Part shown: one piece after another, positions 28,379-32,000 of the stretch
Layout: every line of letters starts with the position of its first letter
Numbering within the stretch: the stretch's first letter is position 1
Assembly (NCBI RefSeq): GCF_001735745.1
Contig: NZ_CP017260.1
Location: 2,550,001 to 2,582,000, forward strand
Direction of reading: 5' to 3'
DNA: 32,000 nucleotides
Origin: Formosa sp. Hel1_33_131
Lineage (GTDB): Bacteria; Bacteroidota; Bacteroidia; Flavobacteriales; Flavobacteriaceae
Translations under genes and position numbers: made by a program
The notes under the pieces: generated by a model
What the model saw: only the letters and a program-made list of their open reading frames with translations
The model's database searches: none
What the model was told of the DNA's origin: nothing

Positions 28379-29197
28379 TTAAAATAGCTTTAAATCATCT
28401 TTTGGGTTAGATAAATCATAATTAGCTGTGAGTACTTCAATTTTCTTCTTATGTGGCTTACCGCTATTGTTTGACACACTCACGCTTTGCTCTAGTTTAA
28501 TCGTAAACCATCCATACTCCTCTGTATACTTTGATAGTATTTCACTTGGATAACTACTCATTAGAAATTTACCTTCTATGCTTGACAGCGTTTTTAAGAG
28601 GTTTTCAAAGTCATCTATACTATATCCATCATAATGACCGCAATCGCTGTTGTAGTATGGAGGATCACAGTAAAAGAAAGCGTCTTTAAAGTCTCTACTA
28701 CGTATGATCCTTAAAGCATCTGTACTTTCAATATTTACATTCTGTATCCTGATTGAGTACTCTTCAGTAAAGGAATTTCGCTTATTGGTTATCTTCTGAG
28801 ATGTCGTGCCTTTCTTTTTATCATAACCGAACGATCCATCGAGCATTGATGAGAAGGACTGAGCAGCCATTATCCAAATAGACCATGCTCTCTGAATACG
28901 AGTAAACATGTGTGGATTGTTGTAAATTACAATTGCATCTTTAAATAATGATCGTGAGTGCAATGAGATCCTAATCATCTTTTCAAGATCTAAAAACTCA
29001 TTCTGTACTACTTCATAAAAATTAATCAGTTCACGGTTGGTGTCATTAATAACCTCAGTATCGCTCTTTGGTTTTGCCCAAAAGATTGCACCTCCTCCAA
29101 CAAATACTTCTGCATATAGTTTGTGCGGCGGTATTAATGGTAATATGGTAGCTACTAAATTCTGTTTCCCTCCGTAATAAGATGTGGGTGTTTTCAT
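28379..29197 (-). CDS. Dam-family (D12 class) N6-adenine DNA methyltransferase; orphan
   Basis: 272 aa with N-terminal YYGGKQ, the SAM motif EVFVGGGAIF, and the catalytic DPPY at residues 178-181. No restriction endonuclease gene lies next to it. Its ATG overlaps the upstream gene's stop as ATGA. Confidence 0.85.
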   Translation of the reverse strand: MKTPTSYYGGKQNLVATILPLIPPHKLYAEVFVGGGAIFWAKPKSDTEVINDTNRELINFYEVVQNEFLDLEKMIRISLHSRSLFKDAIVIYNNPHMFTRIQRAWSIWIMAAQSFSSMLDGSFGYDKKKGTTSQKITNKRNSFTEEYSIRIQNVNIESTDALRIIRSRDFKDAFFYCDPPYYNSDCGHYDGYSIDDFENLLKTLSSIEGKFLMSSYPSEILSKYTEEYGWFTIKLEQSVSVSNNSGKPHKKKIEVLTANYDLSNPKDDLKLF

Positions 29198-29829
29198 ACG
29201 TTCAAATTAAATTTTATTGAATTTCCTTTTAACAGCTGTTTTGTACCTTTAATATTGTTTTCATAGATGTGCACATTGCCCAGGAACAACGTAATACTTT
29301 TGAGTGGCAACTCGATCTGTTTACTGATTAAGTACAAGTGATAAATGTCCGCAGGAAGACCAAGTGAAGCATCCGAGCTGCGTTGGTAGGCACTGAGGAT
29401 CAACTTACCCTTTTCTATTTGAAATTGGATTAATGACAAGCACGGTTGCTGATTACTCTCTTGATTCGTCGCTCCCAAAAACATTACGTAATTCTTACTA
29501 CTTCGCTTCTCTTTGTTGATCTTAGCAATCAAGGCTGGCAACTGCTCAAAATAGGTCGGGTAAGAGTTCACAAGTATAGGGCCACAATAGTCCCACCAAG
29601 TGATTCCTACTTCTCTGTATGCCTCTGTCATTCGTTCTCCCGCCATAAATAGATTGAGCTCATCTTTGAGCTTCTTACGCGCCATAGGATGCCCCTCGAA
29701 GACCTCGAGCAGATCAATTGCTTTCAACGTTAATTTCTTATTTAAAAGGTATTTAATCGCCCCTTTCTTGTTCGTTTGAACTTTGCCATTTTTTAAAATG
29801 TAACTAAGTGTTTGGTGGTATTTATTCAT
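29194..29829 (-). CDS. Short, divergent thymidylate-synthase-family protein; predicted to be a pyrimidine C5 (hydroxy)methylase with cytosine specificity
   Basis: 211 aa counted from the ATG at 29829; the ORF track starts at a GTG at 29856. It aligns by eye with E. coli ThyA. [15 protein letters not shown] matches [49 protein letters not shown] matches [43 protein letters not shown] matches GDTHLYSNH. Cys146, Arg166, Asp169, His207 and Tyr209 are retained, while Asn177 is replaced by Asp. Confidence 0.7.
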   Translation of the reverse strand: [211 protein letters not shown]

Positions 29830-29846
29830 TTTTATTTTATCTTTGC

Positions 29847-29945
29847 TACTTCTCACAGTAATTAAATATAATGCAGCAGCCCAACCGGAAGACTTATGTC
29901 CTCCAACTGGGCTTTAATGCTAAATTTTAATTACTGTGAGAAGTA
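29847..29945. repeat. 20-bp perfect inverted repeat with nested inner hairpins (a structured element of about 99 nt)
   Basis: TACTTCTCACAGTAATTAAA (29847-29866) is the exact reverse complement of 29926-29945. The 59-nt spacer contains AGCCCA/TGGGCT (29878-83 and 29908-13). It also contains GGAAGAC-TTAT-GTCCTCC (29887-29904, one mismatch). Confidence 0.9.
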
Positions 29946-29990
29946 TTTTAATGTTGGGGGACTTTTTTCAAACCCGTCCCCAAAGGTTTA

Positions 29991-30377
29991 TTACTCGTCT
30001 ATTTCAATACTATTAATTGAGTGGTTAGGGTCTAATTTATTTAAAATCCAATCCAATCCTTTACCTCCTTTTGAAAGTGTATTTGCTTTCTTATTTTTTC
30101 CTAAAACGCTACTAATAGTTTCATCGGGGTTGCCAAAAGGAATACCAGTATGTAAGATTAAAGTATCATTAAACAATTCTTTGCATACTACATTTCCTAA
30201 CTGGTCAATGCTGATAGCCCATGCATAAAACCATACGGATAATTCATTTAAACCGTTTTTAAACTTTCGTTTCCAAAGAGAAGCTACAATGCCCCAAGGA
30301 ATTGCAAGCAATAGCAGACTATCAAATAATACAATTGCTACAATTACTAATACGATTGATAAGGTAAAATTCTTCAT
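29991..30377 (-). CDS. Phage-associated membrane-anchored protein, function unknown
   Basis: 128 aa with an N-terminal transmembrane segment (FTLSIVLVIVAIVLFDSLLLLAI). It overlaps the upstream gene by 4 nt (ATGA). The ...GNPDETISSVLGK... block resembles small phage membrane proteins I recall, but I cannot name a family. Confidence 0.55.
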   Translation of the reverse strand: MKNFTLSIVLVIVAIVLFDSLLLLAIPWGIVASLWKRKFKNGLNELSVWFYAWAISIDQLGNVVCKELFNDTLILHTGIPFGNPDETISSVLGKNKKANTLSKGGKGLDWILNKLDPNHSINSIEIDE

Positions 30378-30745
30378 TTTTTATAACTTTTCTCGATGTA
30401 TTCTTCGATATAATTTATGACACTTCCGAGAAGCTCCGCACTCACATAGGCGTTAGGCTTCCTTGCCTGCAAGTTTCTTAAGGCCGATTTCCACCAACCC
30501 AAAACCAGAAAATTTTGCGACGGTGCGAAAAAGTCTGAAATAGCTTTCTTAACGGCATCTGGCACTTCCAGTATCACAAGCTTTGCGCCTTGCATGTCAG
30601 AAAATTTTTGACCATCAATTCTCCGTTGTGGATATAGAATTGATTGATAAATTGAATTTAACGTTTCCGTAGGAATATTTTCCTTATTTTCTAGAGGAGC
30701 TGCATTGTACAACTCTATTTGCTCGATGTATTCTTCTCTTGTCAT
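30374..30745 (-). CDS. Hypothetical protein (phage-associated)
   Basis: 123-aa ORF, tightly coupled to the genes on both sides. No motif recognised. Confidence 0.5.
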   Translation of the reverse strand: MTREEYIEQIELYNAAPLENKENIPTETLNSIYQSILYPQRRIDGQKFSDMQGAKLVILEVPDAVKKAISDFFAPSQNFLVLGWWKSALRNLQARKPNAYVSAELLGSVINYIEEYIEKSYKK

Positions 30746-30746
30746 C

Positions 30747-31523
30747 TTATCGGTTTATTTCGGTTATAATTAAATGTGTGTAATTCTGGTCAGAAGCCCA
30801 TGTTTTCAATGTGCCTCGGCTACCTAATCCACTTGCTGTTCTATTGATGTCGTGTGCCCCATTTACATAAGTAACGCCGTTGTATGTTCTTGCAGTCAAC
30901 TCAAATTGTAATGTGAAAGGTTTTGATTTATCAAGGGACAAATTGCCAATGAAATCCAAAATCATTTGGTGATTTAAGGCGTGAATCGCATTGGCCGAAT
31001 TAGACATCACACCACCATCATATCCGGTATTACCGAGATTATGCCAAGTACCGTTCACCTTTGCGTTAACATTCACATATAAGCCTCCCCAACTATTAGT
31101 GTTATCGCGAGTCGGCACATAGATATCCAACCTAACTTGCTTGTTAGGCTGGACTGTTATTTCTGGAAAGAGGTTAAGAAGCGCAGCATTTCCATCACCA
31201 AACGTTTTGGATGTTTTGAATGTTTGCACGTAAGTTTTTCCTGACCCCTCGCCGTCAGCCCCACCTTTTTTAAAAAGTTTTGATAATTCAATCATCAAAT
31301 CGTTTCTGTCACCCGAAAAAGCAACACCATTTATGGCTGTCACTTGATCGACAAAAAGCATTATAGCCTCCTTTTCTTCTTGGTTGGTAGGTGTCTTACT
31401 AATCAAGACTCCTTTTTCATTTCTCGGATGTTTCTGAATAAATACATCCGTTGCAATTATATGCTCAATTTCATCATTATCAGTTTTGATAAGAATATTC
31501 CCTGTTGTTGTTTCTATTTTCAT
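30747..31523 (-). CDS. Hypothetical protein, possibly a tail-fibre-associated or receptor-binding component
   Basis: 258 aa. It starts 2 nt after the stop of the tail-collar gene. The C-terminal ~155 aa is rich in beta-strands, Gly, Asn and aromatic residues, resembling a beta-sandwich tip domain. The function is assigned from position and composition only. Confidence 0.45.
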   Translation of the reverse strand: MKIETTTGNILIKTDNDEIEHIIATDVFIQKHPRNEKGVLISKTPTNQEEKEAIMLFVDQVTAINGVAFSGDRNDLMIELSKLFKKGGADGEGSGKTYVQTFKTSKTFGDGNAALLNLFPEITVQPNKQVRLDIYVPTRDNTNSWGGLYVNVNAKVNGTWHNLGNTGYDGGVMSNSANAIHALNHQMILDFIGNLSLDKSKPFTLQFELTARTYNGVTYVNGAHDINRTASGLGSRGTLKTWASDQNYTHLIITEINR

Positions 31524-31525
31524 AA

Positions 31526-31981
31526 TTATAATCCTTTAAACATTATATAAGCCAGTGCGTAATATGGTGGTCGGTTGTCCTTTGGGCTGCCTGTAAATAC
31601 GTGATTGTGCGAATTAGTAACTATTTTATTACTACCAGCAGCGTTAATCGATTCTAAGTTTTCTGCTATTTCACCTCGTCCAGAACCGACAAGTAATCTT
31701 CCAGAAGTCGCAGACCCTAATGAACTTCCTGTTTTTCCCCACCCATCTCTTGAAACTGTTAAAGAAATAGATTTGTTATTTATAGTCCCGGAAGGTGTTA
31801 TATTATTACTGCCACCCTTTTTACCAACCGCATTATACTCGGTATTTGTGGGGTCCAATCCAACCACAAAACGACCTCTTAAATTTGGAGTTCCATTAGT
31901 TCCGTTACACAATACCCAACCTTGTGGGATATTAGCAATCGCACCGCTCCACATACTTATCAAACCTATTGGCATGGACAT
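31526..31981 (-). CDS. Phage tail-fibre protein with a tail-collar-type domain
   Basis: The N-terminal pattern PIGLISMWSGAIANIPQGWVLCNGTNGTPNLRGRFVVG and the C-terminal NSHNH...RPPYYALAYIMFKG are characteristic of tail-collar fibre proteins. The reading frame stays open upstream to the window edge (FTPLTQ-MSM...), so the true start may lie beyond 32000. Confidence 0.7.
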   Translation of the reverse strand: MSMPIGLISMWSGAIANIPQGWVLCNGTNGTPNLRGRFVVGLDPTNTEYNAVGKKGGSNNITPSGTINNKSISLTVSRDGWGKTGSSLGSATSGRLLVGSGRGEIAENLESINAAGSNKIVTNSHNHVFTGSPKDNRPPYYALAYIMFKGL

Positions 31982-32000
31982 TTGAGTAAGTGGCGTAAAC

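Larger units (their letters stand above)
28379..32000 (-). mobile_element. Phage-derived region (a prophage end or remnant) that continues beyond the window
   Basis: Six co-directional genes have 1-4-nt junctions. They include a tail-collar-type fibre protein, an orphan Dam-family methylase and a divergent thymidylate-synthase homologue. No integrase or att core is identifiable within the window. Confidence 0.55.

Noticed and set aside
29830-29856. GTG-initiated 9-residue extension of the thymidylate-synthase-like ORF
   Set aside because: The ATG at 29829 aligns exactly with the ThyA N-terminus (MNKYHQTL against MKQYLELM). The extension also overlaps the left arm of the 20-bp inverted repeat.
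29896-30228. 110-aa plus-strand ORF that begins inside the inverted-repeat loop
   Set aside because: It is antisense to the 128-aa membrane-protein gene, which fits the operon through its ATGA coupling and clear transmembrane segment. The plus-strand product has no recognisable features.
31605-31985. 126-aa plus-strand ORF
   Set aside because: It is antisense to the tail-collar gene, whose motifs are unmistakable.
1-32000. Search for rRNA, tRNA, tmRNA, CRISPR arrays, transposases, integrases and IS elements
   Set aside because: All intergenic spacers are about 170 nt or shorter. None shows a cloverleaf-like tRNA structure or regularly spaced repeats, and no ORF has recombinase or transposase motifs that I recognise.

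Overview
The window looks like a chromosomal segment from a marine Flavobacteriia-type (Bacteroidota) genome. Supporting signs are the low GC content, TAnnTTTG promoter motifs, lipoprotein and beta-barrel gene pairs, and a flavobacterial-type proteorhodopsin. About 28 kb is densely packed core metabolism. On the minus strand this includes a partial class-3 aldehyde dehydrogenase, an RluA-family pseudouridine synthase and panB. dnaK follows, then a divergent blh/proteorhodopsin retinal photosystem. Next is a nearly complete menaquinone cluster: hotdog thioesterase, menF, menD, menB, menA, menC and menE, interrupted by five non-men genes. After that come an acyl-CoA carboxyltransferase, pirin, ettA, rlmD with two envelope genes, and rocD. 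A GapN-like aldehyde dehydrogenase follows, bracketed by two paralogous small CCC-motif-type membrane proteins. From about 28.2 kb to the window edge, all genes lie on the minus strand, are tightly coupled and look phage-derived. They comprise a tail-collar fibre protein, three unknown proteins, and a terminal two-gene DNA-modification module. That module is the most unusual item in the window. It pairs an orphan Dam-family methylase with a short, divergent thymidylate-synthase homologue that carries the Asn177->Asp cytosine-specificity substitution. A 20-bp perfect inverted repeat with nested hairpins lies immediately upstream of the module. I found no rRNA, tRNA, CRISPR array, transposase or integrase in the window. 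Every functional call rests on by-eye motif recognition and remembered family signatures, because no searches could be run.
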